Assembly: GCA_963813715.1 (NCBI GenBank)
Contig: CAWFAK010000005.1
Coordinates: 992,001-1,056,000, forward strand
DNA: 64,000 nt
From: an uncultured Planctomycetaceae bacterium
GTDB lineage: Bacteria > Planctomycetota > Planctomycetia > Planctomycetales > Planctomycetaceae
Direction of reading: 5' to 3'
The notes beneath the pieces were generated by a model. That model searched no databases, was not told where the DNA came from, and saw nothing but the letters and a program-made list of their open reading frames with translations. Positions 9,714-21,615 of this stretch are shown piece after piece. Made by a program: the position numbers and the translations under genes. Numbering within the stretch: position 1 is the first letter of the stretch; every line of letters begins with the position of its first letter.

Positions 9714-12295
9714 TCAGCGCGAAGAAACCGGCACGCCGTCCTTCGTATCGGCGATGATCCGCGCGCCCTGTTCGACGGGCGCCACCGGCCGGTTCAGCAG
9801 CCGCTGCGATTCGTGCAGGACGAAACTGACGTCCATGAACGGCTCAAAGCTCACGTCGAACCAGCGGGCATAGCCGTCCTTGTCGATCAAGAACATCCCG
9901 TGCATGGGGATGTTCTCGAAGTTGTCGTAGGCGCGGAATGACTGGAACGCCGAGTATTTGTCGTCGGCCAGGACCAGGAACGGATAGGGGCCGTTCTTGT
10001 ACTTGTCCAAGAACTGCTTGACGTGGGCTTGGTTGTCCACGCTGACGGCGACGAGGGTCAGCCCCTCTTTCTTCAGTTCGTCGGCCTTCTTGGCAAAAGC
10101 CTCGAGCTGCTTCACGCAGTGCGGGCATTGGCCGCCCAGGAAGAACACCATCAAGACCGGTTTGCCGCGGAACTCGGCGAAGGTGTGCTCGTGTCCCTGG
10201 GCGTCTTGAAGTTTCCAATCGGGAGCCAGCCAAGGCCGCCAAACGAGCGGCCCCAGCGACTTGAGCGGGCGGCGTTGCTTGAGCGATTTGTTGAGGCTCT
10301 GCGGCAACCGCCAATCGGCCGGCAGGTCGAAGTCCTTCGCGATCGGCTGCAAGCGCGCCAGAGGGGGCGAATCGAGATCGGCCGTGCCGGCCAGCTCGCG
10401 GAGCTTGTCGAACTCTTTGCGGGCTTCGTCCTTCTGGCCGATGCGATAGAGGATTTCCACAAGATTGGCCTGCGGCTTCACCTGATACTCGCGGTTGTTG
10501 GCGAACTCGCGGGCGCACCACTCGGCCGCGTCGGGGTCGCCGGCCTCCAGCATCTGGCGGGACATGAAGGCGAAATCGACGTTCACCGAATCGTAGGGCA
10601 GCTCGAGCAGCGCCAAGTGCCGCTGAAACAGCCAGACTCCGCCGCCGATCGCTAAGGGCACGGTGAGCACGGCCACGACGATCGACCGGCGCTTGATCGT
10701 CAAGAATGCGGCCAGCTCGAGGACGAACAGCCCCCCCAAGCACATCACGAGCGCCCGGCGGCTCAGGAAAAAGCCGCTGACGATGCGTCGATACGATTCC
10801 AGTTCCTTGCGGGAGCGCCGCCAGTTCCGCCATGGGCCGAATATACTTCGACTGGACCGCCGCCATCGCCTTGTTGCGTTTCGACGTGTCGCCGATTTCG
10901 TCGACCGCTGTTTGCGCGGCCGCCTCCTCGGATTCGCTGAGTCGGCGGATTTCGGCAAGCTCTTTGTCACCGTCGGCGATCTTGCCGGTCGAGTAGTAGG
11001 CCACGCCCAGGTTGAGGTGCACCTTTCCCTGCTCGCCGAGCAACGACGTTTCCTCGATGTAACCCGACTTGCACGCGTCGATCAGATCCTCCCAGTACTC
11101 GAATTGACGCAGAGTTTGCAACAGACGCTCTCGGCCGTAGTAGGCGCTCGTGCCGTGCGTTTCGACGGTCTTCTTCTGCTCCTTCGGCGAGTCTTCGTCG
11201 TCGGCGCTATCGTCGTCGTCCGGGGGCTCGATGAGGTTGAACTGCGGATGCCGCGGCAGATCGATCATGTGCATCGCCGTCCGCCGCGCGTCCTGCGCCC
11301 GGCCCATGTATAGCAGCGTACGCACGAGCCATTCGTTGTTGTGGGCGTAGAAGACCGACTGGTCGGGAACCACATGGTCATGCATCATGCGGGCATGCTC
11401 GGTGCGGATACACGCCTCGAGCTGCCAGGCGGCCTGCGGGTACATGTGCAGAGTGAAGTAAATGTGCGTGGGCATGTGCCACATGTGGCCGATCGACGGG
11501 GCCGAATCGCCGCAGTGATCGGCCGAGTCGAGTGCGCGGCTCTCCATCGACGCGAGATTGCAGATGTGGATCACCGCGTGGTTGATCGGGTGATAGGGAT
11601 TCACCTTCAGGATGGCGTTGGCCAGTTCGACGGCATCGTGCACTTCGGTGTTGCTGGCCTGGCCCGTTTCGATGCGGAACCACATCCGCCAGACTTCGCG
11701 GGCCTTTGCCTCCTGGTCGTCCGGGTACTTGGCCATGATGGCCCGATAGCCGCCCTGGGAGGTCAACGCATCGATATACATCTGTTCGCGATCGCTCAGG
11801 CCGGCCTTGTTCTTGGCGGCCAATTCGGCGAACTCGCGGGCGCGGGACGGTCGGTAATGGTTGGCGATCGAGGCGCCCCACCACGCCATGCCGGCGATCG
11901 AGTGATCCAGGTGCCTCCGCCGCGCGGAAGGAGCGCTCGGCCTCGGCGTACCAGAAGCCATGCAGCTGGCCCACGCCCTGCTCGAAGAATTTTTGGGCCT
12001 TTTCGACCTTATGGGTGATGGGAAAGTGCACATTTCCCGTACCCCCCATCAGATAAGCACTTTGGCGCAGACCCGCGTCGAAAATCTCTCCGTGCCGGGA
12101 GTGGCCCGGCAGAATGCGCTCCTCCTGCTGCGGTGCGGTGGGCTCGCCGGGTATCTGCACCCGGGCGCTGGGTGTCTGAGTAAGGGCACTGCCGGGGGTC
12201 TGCGCAAAGGCACCGTCGGCCAGCAAGGCGACGAATCCGACGAGTAGCAGGCATCGGGCAACGGCCGGCATGCGAACGCAACCTTCCCCGAACAT
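9714..12295 (-). CDS. TPR-like helical protein with a C-terminal redoxin/AhpC-TSA domain; frameshifts near 11915 and 10812
   Basis: Signal peptide; AQKFFEQGVGQLHGFWYAEAERSF; GHMWHMPTHIY; YAHNNEWL; C-term APDWKLQD...FFLGGQCPHCVKQL...PMHGMFLIDKDG. Three ORF pieces are joined. Confidence 0.8.
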
Positions 12296-12450
12296 GTACG
12301 ACAGTCATCGCCAAAGCGCCAAAAGAATCTCGACCCCCGCCGAATCCCCCGGTCCCGAGGGCCCCCAACTGAGTCTGGCACTGACTCCAAGTTGGCGCCG
12401 TCCAAGCTGGCGGCGCCAAATCTCGCACTGACCGGGTCCTGGCAAAGCCG

Positions 12451-15400
12451 TCAGTCCCGCGTCAGCGGAGTCGGCTGATCGCGTCCCTCCACGACCAGCA
12501 ACTCCTTGTCGGCCGAGATCCCGGCCAGATGCTGGTCGCGCCCCGACATCCAGTGGATCACGACCGATTCGACCGCGGTGTTTGGTCCGAGTCCAAAGAC
12601 CAGCGCCCGCTCGTTGCTCGCCTGGAACCCGTCCCCCGCGGTGAGCTGCCGCACGATCTTCTTGCCGCCGGCGGTCACTTCGACCGTGGTGCCGATCGCG
12701 TCCCGGGCCGAGCCCGTCCCCACCAGCCGCAGCGTCAGATGGTGGCCCGGCTTCTGGGTCGTGTTCGTCAGGAGGGCGGCCGGGAGCGTGCGCGTGACAA
12801 ATCACGACGTCTTCCAAGCCGTCGCGATTCCAGTCGAGCCGTGCGACCGCTCGTCCCAGGTGTTTCTCTTGAAAATAGGGCCCGAGCGTAGCCCCGGGCA
12901 CCAGGGCGAAATGTCCCCGGCCGTCGTTCGTGAAATACGCCGGGAGCATTTCGTAGGGCAGATATTCGCTCTTGGGATTGTCTCCGTTGCCGCAGGCGGT
13001 GATCAGGTCGAGCTTGCCGTCGAGATCGGCGTCGATTGCCTGGGTTCCATAACTGGTCGACATCAGGGTGGGGGCATAAAGTCCGGCCGATGCCGTGCTC
13101 TGATCGCGGAACAGCCCGCCTTTTTGTTGCAGGTAGAGCGTGTTGGGTTCTTCGACCAGGCTCGTTCCGTGGAAGTCGAGCAGGCCGTCGCCGTTGAAGT
13201 CCCCGGCGGCGAGACCGAGAGTTTTGCGCCCCGTTCCGTCGATAGCCAAACGCCAGGCCCATGGCGAGCCCGTTCTCGGTGAACTTGGGCGGATCACCCG
13301 GCTTCGCGACGTCGTTTTTGAAGAAGTAGTTTTGCGTCCCGCTGTTGCCGACTAAGAGATCGAGCTTGTGCGAGCCGTCGACATTAGCGGCGATCACCGA
13401 GGTGCCCCGGTCTGAGTAGCGGTCGATCTGGGCGGTTGCCGTCGCGTCCTCGAAGCGGCCGTCGCCCTGGTTGAGCCAGAGCCGATGGTGGGCCGTGGGG
13501 AATCCGAAGGTCACGCATGGGTAGTGGTGGTTGTCCCGATCGCTACAGATTCGCGTGAGCGCGTCCCCCTCCAGATAACCGAGCGTGTAGATGTCCGGCA
13601 GCGAGTCGCCGTTGAAGTCGGCGATGACGCAGCTGCTCGTCCATTGCGACTCGGTGGCTCCCGAATCTTCCGAGGCGTCGCTGAACGTGCCGTCCCCGTT
13701 GTTGGAAAAGAGCCGATTGGAGCCGACGTTGCCCACGTAGATGTCGGGGAAGCCGTCGTTGTCGATGTCGCCGACGGAGACGCCCTGGCTGAAGCCGGTC
13801 TCGACGAGGTGCGTTTGGGCTGTCACGTCGGCGAAGTGCCCGTCGCCCAGATTGCGATAGAGCCGGTCGAGATGATCGGTTTGATCGCGGTCCTGCGGAT
13901 CCTTGCTGCCCTGCGCGAAATAGAGATCGGGCCAGCCGTCACGATCGAAATCGACCACACCCACGCCGCCCCCATTGACGCCGTGAAACTTGTTGAGCCC
14001 GTGGACTTCGGGGTCGCTGCCGTCAAAGTACGTGAAGGCGACGCCCGCGGCCTTGGCCTGATCCGCGAACGATACGCGGCTGGCCGGCACTTGAGGGGTC
14101 GGCACTGCGGAGGCTACGGTCCACTTCGGCAACGGCAGTTTTGAGAGGTCGACTTTGTTGGCCGGGTTGAAGTTGGGCAGCGTCCGCTTCTTCTCGAGGT
14201 TCTTCAGTTCGCCCTCGGCCTGCTTGAGGTCCTGTTCGAGGGCCTTGTTGGAGGGGTCGATCTGGTACGTCATTTGGGTCCAGCCGTAGGCCTCCCAAAA
14301 GTTGCCCAGCTCGCCGGCCGCCTTGATGGCGCGGTTGGCCAGCTCGAGATCCCCCTTGCCCAGCTCATAGGCGCGGAAGTGATTGAGCCGCGCCAGTTCC
14401 ATGTAGTCAGCCAGCTTCTGCGCCCGTTCGAGGAACGGGGCGGCGTCGTTCTTGCGGTTGAGCGAAGTGAGTAAGAGGCCGAGCTGGTAATTGGCGGTCT
14501 GGCGGTTCGGGTCGCGCTTGAGCTCCTCCCAATAACAACGGGCGGCGATTTCCGGCTCGTGAGCGCGCTCGGCCCGCGCGCCTCGCAGCGACCAGAAAAG
14601 CGGGTGATCCGCGAGCGACGGTTTGGCTTCCGCGTTCCACTTGAGATATTTCGCGTCGTTACCCGACTCGAAGAGCACCTGGCCGAGGCGGATCTGCGCT
14701 TCATCGATGGTCGGCGCCGTTTCGATAACCTTGCGCAGCACGGCTTCGGCTTCGTCGTACTTCGTCTGCGACCGCAGCATGTTCGCCCGGCCGAGCATGA
14801 TGATGGGATCGTCCGGACTTACCTTCATTCCCCGCACCACTGTCTCGAAGTCGGGCGCCACGCGCTCGTTGCGCGCCAGATCGTCCATCAGTTGCACGTG
14901 CAGGCGTTGCTTCTGCTCGATCTCCGACAGCTCGAGGGGGATCAACTCCCAGGTTCGCGTGCTCAATCGCATCAAACCGGCCAGCAGCCACGTCGCACTC
15001 GGTTCTTCCGGTTGCAGCTGCAGCGCGCGGCGATATTCCTCTTCGCCTTCCCGATACTTTTGGTACTGGTTGCACAGGATCTGGCCGGCTTGCAAGTGGC
15101 ACCAGGCGGCCGCGTCGCTTTCACTGTCTTGCGCCCGCTGAAAATACGGGAGCGCCTCCTTCTCCCGGCTCTGCCGCACGAGGCTCTGTCCGTAGAAGAG
15201 CAGCGCCTGCGTGGAGCGCGGCTCTCGCGCCAGCACGCGCTCGGCGTAATGTTCCGTCTCGATGTATTTGGCGAGCGCTTGCTTGGGATCGGTCGAGATC
15301 TGCTTCTCGCCGTCCGTGAACGACTCCTGCATCTTTTTGAGGAGCGACGGCACCGGCTCGGTGTCCACCTTCATGGTGGCGTAAACGCCGGCGGCCACGA

Positions 15401-15521
15401 ACCCGCCCAGGATCAGCAGGACGACGATCAATCGCAACTTGATGGCGCCGGCACGCGAACGAACCGGGCAGCCGCAGGGCCGGACGGACCGTCCCAACGG
15501 CGAAAATCGGGAAGGGTGCAT
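12451..15521 (-). CDS. TPR + FG-GAP repeat + ASPIC/UnbV (CRTAC1-family) protein; frameshifts near 13255 and 12785
   Basis: N-terminal TM and TPRs; FG-GAP motifs DFDRDGWPDLY, DIDNDGFPDIY, DFNGDSLPDIY, DFNGDGLLD, DWNRDGLED; C-term SARDAIG...GDGFQASNER..FGLG (ASPIC/UnbV). Start uncertain. Confidence 0.85.
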
Positions 15522-15654
15522 CGGAGAGAATGACTCGTAAACGAGGGACGAAGGGACGCGCGAGCGGCGCGTAAAAAAGACGGCTCAATCAACCATACAT
15601 TCCGGGACTGGCGAAGTGAAGGGCGGCAGAGCCACCGGCAGGGACTCCTGCGCC

Positions 15655-16083
15655 TCAGGAGGCGCGGCCCGAGCTCAGCCCGCGAAGATGGCCGGCGGAG
15701 GACTCGAAGAACCGCCGGCGACGCTCAGTTGCGGTCCCGCCCGTGCGGGTCGCACGCTCCAAATCGTCGAGGTTAGCTGCACAAATTCGACAGCCGACCG
15801 AGCGCAAGTGAAATTCGACGTACTCGGCCAGCGAGGGCTCGAGTGTCCCCAGCAGGAAGCCCCCCAACTGTTTCCGGCTCGGACAACTCAGCCGCCGGCG
15901 CCGCCAGATTTCTCCCACCGAGTGGATTCCGTCGTCGCGTCGCCGCGACAGCGAGGCCACGCGCAGCCTCAGGGCCTCGTTGCGGCGGAGATCGCTCTCG
16001 ATGGCCGTCATCCGTTCGGCCGGCAACATCTCGTCGAGATAGGCGAGCAAATCGGCGTCCGAATGTGCATCAGAAGCAGCCAT
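15655..16083 (-). CDS. conserved hypothetical protein with an anti-sigma-like zinc-finger motif
   Basis: DADLLAYLDEML...SCPSRKQLGGFLLG...EFHLRSVGCRIC (H-x5-C-x2-C, zf-HC2-like). Confidence 0.7.
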   Translation of the reverse strand: MAASDAHSDADLLAYLDEMLPAERMTAIESDLRRNEALRLRVASLSRRRDDGIHSVGEIWRRRRLSCPSRKQLGGFLLGTLEPSLAEYVEFHLRSVGCRICAANLDDLERATRTGGTATERRRRFFESSAGHLRGLSSGRAS

Positions 16084-16294
16084 TTGCGCGATTTTAGCCG
16101 GCTTTGGGACTGCTTGCCACCGCCCGACCCGCTCGGTAGCATAAAGCCGCTTTTGGCCGACGAGCGAGCGGGGGACGTGGCTCGGAAAGGCCGGGAAACC
16201 ATCGGGTTAGGGCCGGCGCGGCCCGGCGTTTGCAGCTCCGGTGTCCCAATCTCGGCGACGTCTCAGCCCCCCCCGCCAATTTTGCAGGTGAACC

Positions 16295-17143
16295 GTGCCC
16301 GTTCGAGCACCGCAGAAATCGGTTCCGGAGCTGTTGGCAATCGCCAAGACACTGCGGAAAGACATCATCCGCATGACGACCGCGGCCGGCAGCGGCCATC
16401 CCACCAGCAGCCTGTCGGCGGTCGAAGTGGTGGCGGCACTTTATTTCGGCGGTTTCATGCGGTACGACCCGGCCGCTCCCCATGATCCCCAGCGAGACCG
16501 GTTCATCCTCAGCAAAGGGCACGCGGTGCCCGTCCTTTACGCGGCAATGGCCGAGGCCGGCTATTTTCCAACCGAGGAACTGTTGACCCTGCGAAAGCTG
16601 GGCGGCCGGCTCGAAGGGCACCCGAACATGCGGCGACTGCCAGGGATCGAAGCGTCCACCGGGTCGCTCGGTCAGGGACTTTCGTTCGGCATCGGCGAAG
16701 CGCTCGCCTGCCGCCTCGACAAACTCGACTCACACGTTTACGTGATGTTGGGCGACGGCGAAATCGAGGAAGGGCAGGTCTGGGAGGCCTTCGCCGCCGG
16801 TCACAAATACAAGCTCGGCAACCTGACGGCCATCGTCGATCGCAACGGTTTTCAGCAGACCGGCGCGACCGCCCACGTTCTGGACATGACGTCGGTGGCT
16901 GACAAGATCGCTGCCTTCGGCTGGCACACGCAGTCGGTCGAGGGGAACGACATGCAGGCCGTCGTCGATGCGCTGACGAAGGCGCGGCAAGTCAAAGATC
17001 AACCCACGGCCATCGTCTCCCACACCCGCAAGGGCTTTGGGATTCTGCCCCTCTTGGAGAAAGAGGGAGACCTCAACTACCACGGCAAGCCGCTCTCCAA
17101 GGAGCTGGCGGAACAGGCGCTGCAACTGATCGACGCCAGTTGA
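16295..17143 (+). CDS. transketolase, N-terminal (TPP-binding) subunit
   Basis: GSGHPTSSLS, RDRFILSKGHA, STGSLGQG, GDGEIEEGQVWE, YHGK. Confidence 0.95.
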   Translation: MPVRAPQKSVPELLAIAKTLRKDIIRMTTAAGSGHPTSSLSAVEVVAALYFGGFMRYDPAAPHDPQRDRFILSKGHAVPVLYAAMAEAGYFPTEELLTLRKLGGRLEGHPNMRRLPGIEASTGSLGQGLSFGIGEALACRLDKLDSHVYVMLGDGEIEEGQVWEAFAAGHKYKLGNLTAIVDRNGFQQTGATAHVLDMTSVADKIAAFGWHTQSVEGNDMQAVVDALTKARQVKDQPTAIVSHTRKGFGILPLLEKEGDLNYHGKPLSKELAEQALQLIDAS

Positions 17144-17229
17144 CCGTCAGCGACAGTCAGCGGTTCAGCGACACACGGGCATTGGCGACACACGGGCACT
17201 CGCGAGACGCGGAAACGACGGACCGGAAG

Positions 17230-18189
17230 ATGAAGATCGGGGAAAAAAGCGGCCTCAAGCTCGGACAAGCGACGCGCGACGCGTTTGGCGACGCGCTCAA
17301 GGAGTTCGGTGGCACCCACGCGCAAGTCGTCACCGTCGACGGCGACGTCGGGAATTCGACCCGCACCGAGGTCTTCGCCCAAGCCTATCCCGACCGCGCG
17401 TTCAACGTCGGCATTGCCGAAAGCAACCTGGTCAGCGTGGCCGGTGGACTGGCGGCTTGTGGCAAGATTCCCGTCGTAGCCAGCTTCGCCTGTTTTCTGC
17501 TGAACAACGCCTACGACCAGATTCGCATGTCGGTGGCTTTTCCTTCGCTCAACGTGAAGCTAGTCGGCTCGCACGCCGGCATCTCGATCGGCGAAGACGG
17601 TCCCTCGCAGATGGGGATCGAGGACGTCGCCCTCGCGCGGTCGTTCCCCGGCATGACAGTCATCGTGCCTTGCGACGCCCCGTCCACCAAAAAAGCGACC
17701 GCGGCCATGCTCACACATGAAGGGCCGACGTACCTGCGGCTCGGCCGTCCGAAGGTCCCCGTCGTCTATCCGAATGGCTGCGACTTCGAGATCGGCAAAG
17801 CCATCACCGTGCGCGACGGCTCGGACGTGACCATCATCGCCAACGGGCTGATGGTGGGCGTCGCCCTCGACGCGGCCCATGATCTGGCGGCCGAAGGAGT
17901 TTCGGCCCGCGTCGTCGACATGCACACGGCAAAGCCGATCGACGAAGAAGCGATCATCAAGGCGGCCCGCGAAACGGGCGCGATTGTCGTTGCCGAAGAA
18001 CACCTGGCCGCCGGCGGGCTGGGGTCGGCCGTGGCGATGGTCGTTGGGCAAACACTTCCAGTTCCTCTGGCGTACGTCAATCTCGGCGATCGCTACGCCG
18101 AAAGCGGGGACGCGGAGGGTCTGCTCGAACATTACGGACTCACAGCGGCGGCGGTGTGCGATGCCGTGCGGCGCGTCAGCCGCCGCTAG
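17230..18189 (+). CDS. transketolase, C-terminal subunit
   Basis: ATRDAFG, NVGIAESN, GEDGPSQMGIED, GPTYLRLGR, VVAEEH...GGLGSAV. Confidence 0.95.
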   Translation: MKIGEKSGLKLGQATRDAFGDALKEFGGTHAQVVTVDGDVGNSTRTEVFAQAYPDRAFNVGIAESNLVSVAGGLAACGKIPVVASFACFLLNNAYDQIRMSVAFPSLNVKLVGSHAGISIGEDGPSQMGIEDVALARSFPGMTVIVPCDAPSTKKATAAMLTHEGPTYLRLGRPKVPVVYPNGCDFEIGKAITVRDGSDVTIIANGLMVGVALDAAHDLAAEGVSARVVDMHTAKPIDEEAIIKAARETGAIVVAEEHLAAGGLGSAVAMVVGQTLPVPLAYVNLGDRYAESGDAEGLLEHYGLTAAAVCDAVRRVSRR

Positions 18190-18286
18190 TCGTTCACCGA
18201 TCCATTTAGTACGAATTCCTTGCGGCCGAGAACGAGATCGCTGCGGAGCAGCCGGCGGGCCACGTTCCGCTTTGACCAGGTGTTGA

Positions 18287-19244
18287 GTGATCGAGTATCG
18301 GACGTTTGCCAATCGCGACCCGGCACGAATGGCCGCCCTCTGGAACGGTATGCCGCTGGGTCGAGGCGCCGCGACCGGCATCGGCGTCGATGCGTTCGAG
18401 ACGCTCAACTTCGCCCAGCCCTATTTCGATCGCAAGGGCGTCATCCTCGCCTTCGACGGCGCCGAACTGGTCGGCTTTGTGCACGCCGGCTTCGGTGCGA
18501 ACGCGGAGGAGACGACTCTCTCGTATGACGCCGGCGTAATCTGCGCCCTGATCGTGCATCCCAACTATCGACGGCAGGGAATCGGCCGCGAGCTCCTCCG
18601 GCGGGCCGAGACGTATTTGCGCGAGAAGGGGACCAAGAACGTTCCAGGCGGGCCCCAGCGCGCCGCGCGATCCCTTCTTCTTCGGGCTCTATGGCGGGAG
18701 CCGGCCGTCGGGCTTTATGGAGTCCGATCCCGATGCGGCCCCTTTCTTCACTGCGCTCGGTTATCAACCCGGCGAACGCTCCGCCGTCTTGCAGTGCGAC
18801 CTGACGACGCAGAAGAGCCCGATGAGTTTCCGCTTCGTCAACGTCCGCCGCAAAATGGAGCTGACGGTGTCGCCCGAGCCGTCCAAAATCACCTGGTGGT
18901 GGGAGACGCGCTACGGCCGGCTCGACACGGTGCAATTCAGCCTGCACTCCAAAGAAAATCCGGCCGAGGTAGCCGAGCTGACGGTAGTAGGCCTTGATCT
19001 GTATCTCACGGCCTGGCAGCAGCGCGCCGTCGGTCTGGCCGAGCTGCGGACCGTCACGACGGAAATGCGCAAAGGCTACGCGCAGGCGCTCCTGGTGGAA
19101 ACGTGCCGCCGCTTGAAGGACGAACTGGTCACCCTCGCCGAGGCACATGCGGTCGAGTCCAACCTGCCCGTGATCAAGCTGCTCGAGTCGTGCGGCTTCA
19201 CCCGCGTCGATACGGGAGTCGTGTACGTCAAGACGGAGTCTTGA
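18287..19244 (+). CDS. tandem GNAT acetyltransferase (MshD-like architecture); frameshift near 18640
   Basis: Two acetyl-CoA-binding motifs: VHPNYRRQGIG and MRKGYAQAL...NLPVIKLLESCGF. Confidence 0.8.
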
Positions 19245-19342
19245 TTCGAGTGCGACTCGTTGTCAGATCCTGAGCGTCTTAAATTGTGTGCCACTGCTGA
19301 GCTTGCTCAGCAGTGTCTTCGGCGCGTCGGTCTGGAAAGCGG

Positions 19343-21107
19343 ATGTCCTTGAAAGACTGGCCACGGCTGGCTCGCACCGTCGCGCATCTGCGCCTTTCGC
19401 AAATCTTCTGGCGCGGCAGGTACGCGCTGCGTCGCCGCTATTTGTTGTCCTCGCACACCGAATCGCCGCCGCTTCCGCCAGAGGCGTGTCAGGGTGACCC
19501 GCTCACCCAGCTGGGCGAGCAATTGCGTGAGCACGACTTTCCTTCGGCCGCTGATGCTCCCATGATTGGCGATCAAGCGGCCATCGTCGAGCGCCTGTCG
19601 CGGGGCGTCTTCCGGCATCTCAACGAAGAGGGGCCGCTCGGTCGACCGCCGGATTGGTTGCTTGGCCCGCGTGACCGCGGCCGACTTTGGACGGTCACGC
19701 TGCACTATCACCACTGGGCGTGGGAACTCGCCGCGATCGCGGCAGCGGATGGTTCCTGCGCGGCCCAAGCGGGCGACCTCTATCGCGAATATCTCGACGA
19801 TTGGATCAAGCGATGCGATCTCTCGCGGCCGGGCGCTTCACCTGGCGTGGAACTCCTACGCCATCGGCACGCGTCTGGAACAGTGGGGCCTCTCGGCCCT
19901 GCGGCTCGGCCCGGGCTGGTGGTCGGCCAATCCGGAATTTGCCGAGCGATTGCTCACGAGCTTGTGGCGGCAGGCCCATCATCTTGCGAACAATATCGAA
20001 TGGGATTTGCGGGGCAATCACCTCGTTCGCGACGCCGTGGGACTGGCCTGGGCGGGTCGCTTCTTCGACGGTCCCGACGCTCCGCCGTGGCTCGCGCAAG
20101 CGGCTCAACTCGCCTGCGACCAGGCCCGCGAGCAAGTCCTTCCCGACGGCGGCCACTTCGAACGCAGTCCGATGTATCACCGGCATGTGATGCACGATTT
20201 CGATACGCTCGCGCACTTGATCAAGGACCCGGCCGCGCGAACGCAATTGAGTTCGGTCGTCGCCCGCATGCAAGAATTCGCCTCCTGGACACGCCATCCC
20301 GACGGCGGCGTGGCGCTCTTGAATGACGCGGCGCTCGACGAGGAACCATCGAGCACTCAGGCCTCGCCCGCGCAAACAGCGACGGAACCGCGCGGCGGGC
20401 GCCACTTCGCCGACACGGGCCTCGCCGTCTGGCACGGCGCGAAGTGGACTCTGTTCTTCGATGTCGGCCCGCTCGGCCCCGATTATCAACCGGGCCACGG
20501 CCACGCGGACAATCTCACGCTCGAATGTTCGTATGGTGGACAGCGGCTGTTCGTCGATCCGGGGACGCATTCGTACGACCACGATGAGCGGCGAGCGTAC
20601 GATCGCTCGACAGCCGCGCACAATACCGTCTGCGTCGACGGCACCGATTCGAGCGAAGTCTGGCACATCTTCCGCGTCGGCCGCCGGGCACGACCGATCG
20701 ACGTCCAAGTCACCGCCGACCAAACCCACTTCGACGCCAAAGCCGCCCACGACGGTTACCGACACCTGGGCCGCGTCATCCATCTTCGTCGCGTGCAGCT
20801 TGCCGACGACGAAACGCTCACGATCACCGACCGCGTCGAAGGCACGGGCTCCCATCAGCTCGAAGGCGGCTGGCTGCTCGCTCCAGACTGGATCGCGGCC
20901 CCCACGGAAGGCGGCTGGATCCTTCAGCACACATACCATCGCCTTCGTGTGCAACTGCTGGGGCCGAGACACCTCGAACTCTCCCTCGAGAACAAGCCTT
21001 GGCACCCGCAGTTTGGCATCGAGATCCCCACAACGCGTCTCGTCTGGCGCTACGCGGGGGCATTGCCATTCGAACTCAAAACGAGCGTCGCGGCTAAAAC
21101 AGAGTAG
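19343..21107 (+). CDS. heparinase II/III family protein; frameshift near 19840
   Basis: LWTVTLHYH, IEWDLRGNHL, QVLPDGGHFERSPMYH, PGHGHAD, VDPGTHSY, RSTAAHNTV. Confidence 0.9.
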
Positions 21108-21189
21108 AATGGAGCGAGTTCATTTCGCCCCGTCTCTCGCCACGAGCAACCGACCGCTGGCTGGCTATCCGCCGCACCGGAGCAAGCCG

Positions 21190-21477
21190 ATGTGGATCAA
21201 ACGGTTTGAGTCATCAGAACTCACTGCCGACGTGATTGCCGCGATGAAGAGCGACGGCTTAACCGTTGCTGACGGACCAGGTGCTGATCGCGTGACGGTC
21301 ACCACGGACAAGGACTGGATGGCGAACAAGTGGGGAATGTCAAAGCGAATCATCCCCGACGGTGGGAAGGACACGTTTCTCGACCGCCTCGCCAAAATCG
21401 GCGCGTTGAACTTTATGGTGCTAATCATCGTGGCGGTCCTCGCCGTCGCCTGGTTCCTTTGGCGCGACCGAGGATGA
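21190..21477 (+). CDS. small hypothetical protein with a C-terminal transmembrane helix
   Basis: MWIKRFESSEL...IGALNFMVLIIVAVLAVAWFLWRDRG. It fills the gap after the heparinase gene. Confidence 0.55.
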   Translation: MWIKRFESSELTADVIAAMKSDGLTVADGPGADRVTVTTDKDWMANKWGMSKRIIPDGGKDTFLDRLAKIGALNFMVLIIVAVLAVAWFLWRDRG

Positions 21478-21489
21478 CTCGCCAGCTTG

Positions 21490-21610
21490 AAACCCGAATG
21501 ACCTAATCCGAATGACGAAAGAAGCACGAAGCCCGAAACGCAAGCGTCCTTCTTCGGGCTTAAGTCATTCGGTCATTCCTTCGTCATTCGTTCTTCGACA
21601 TTCTGGCTTC
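21490..21610. repeat. intergenic imperfect palindrome built from (G)AATGAC/GTCATTC units
   Basis: CCCGAATGACCTAATCCGAATGACGAAAGAAG... paired with ...GTCATTCGGTCATTCCTTCGTCATTCG, between convergent genes. Confidence 0.7.
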
Positions 21611-21615
21611 GACCC

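Noticed and set aside
12387..12420. Short tandem TCCAAG(T/C)TGGCG repeat between the redoxin and UnbV genes
   Set aside because: Only two imperfect copies; it could be an operator but cannot be distinguished from chance.
16295..18189. Transketolase split into two ORFs
   Set aside because: The two-subunit form is a common, known architecture, and each ORF has its own start and stop.
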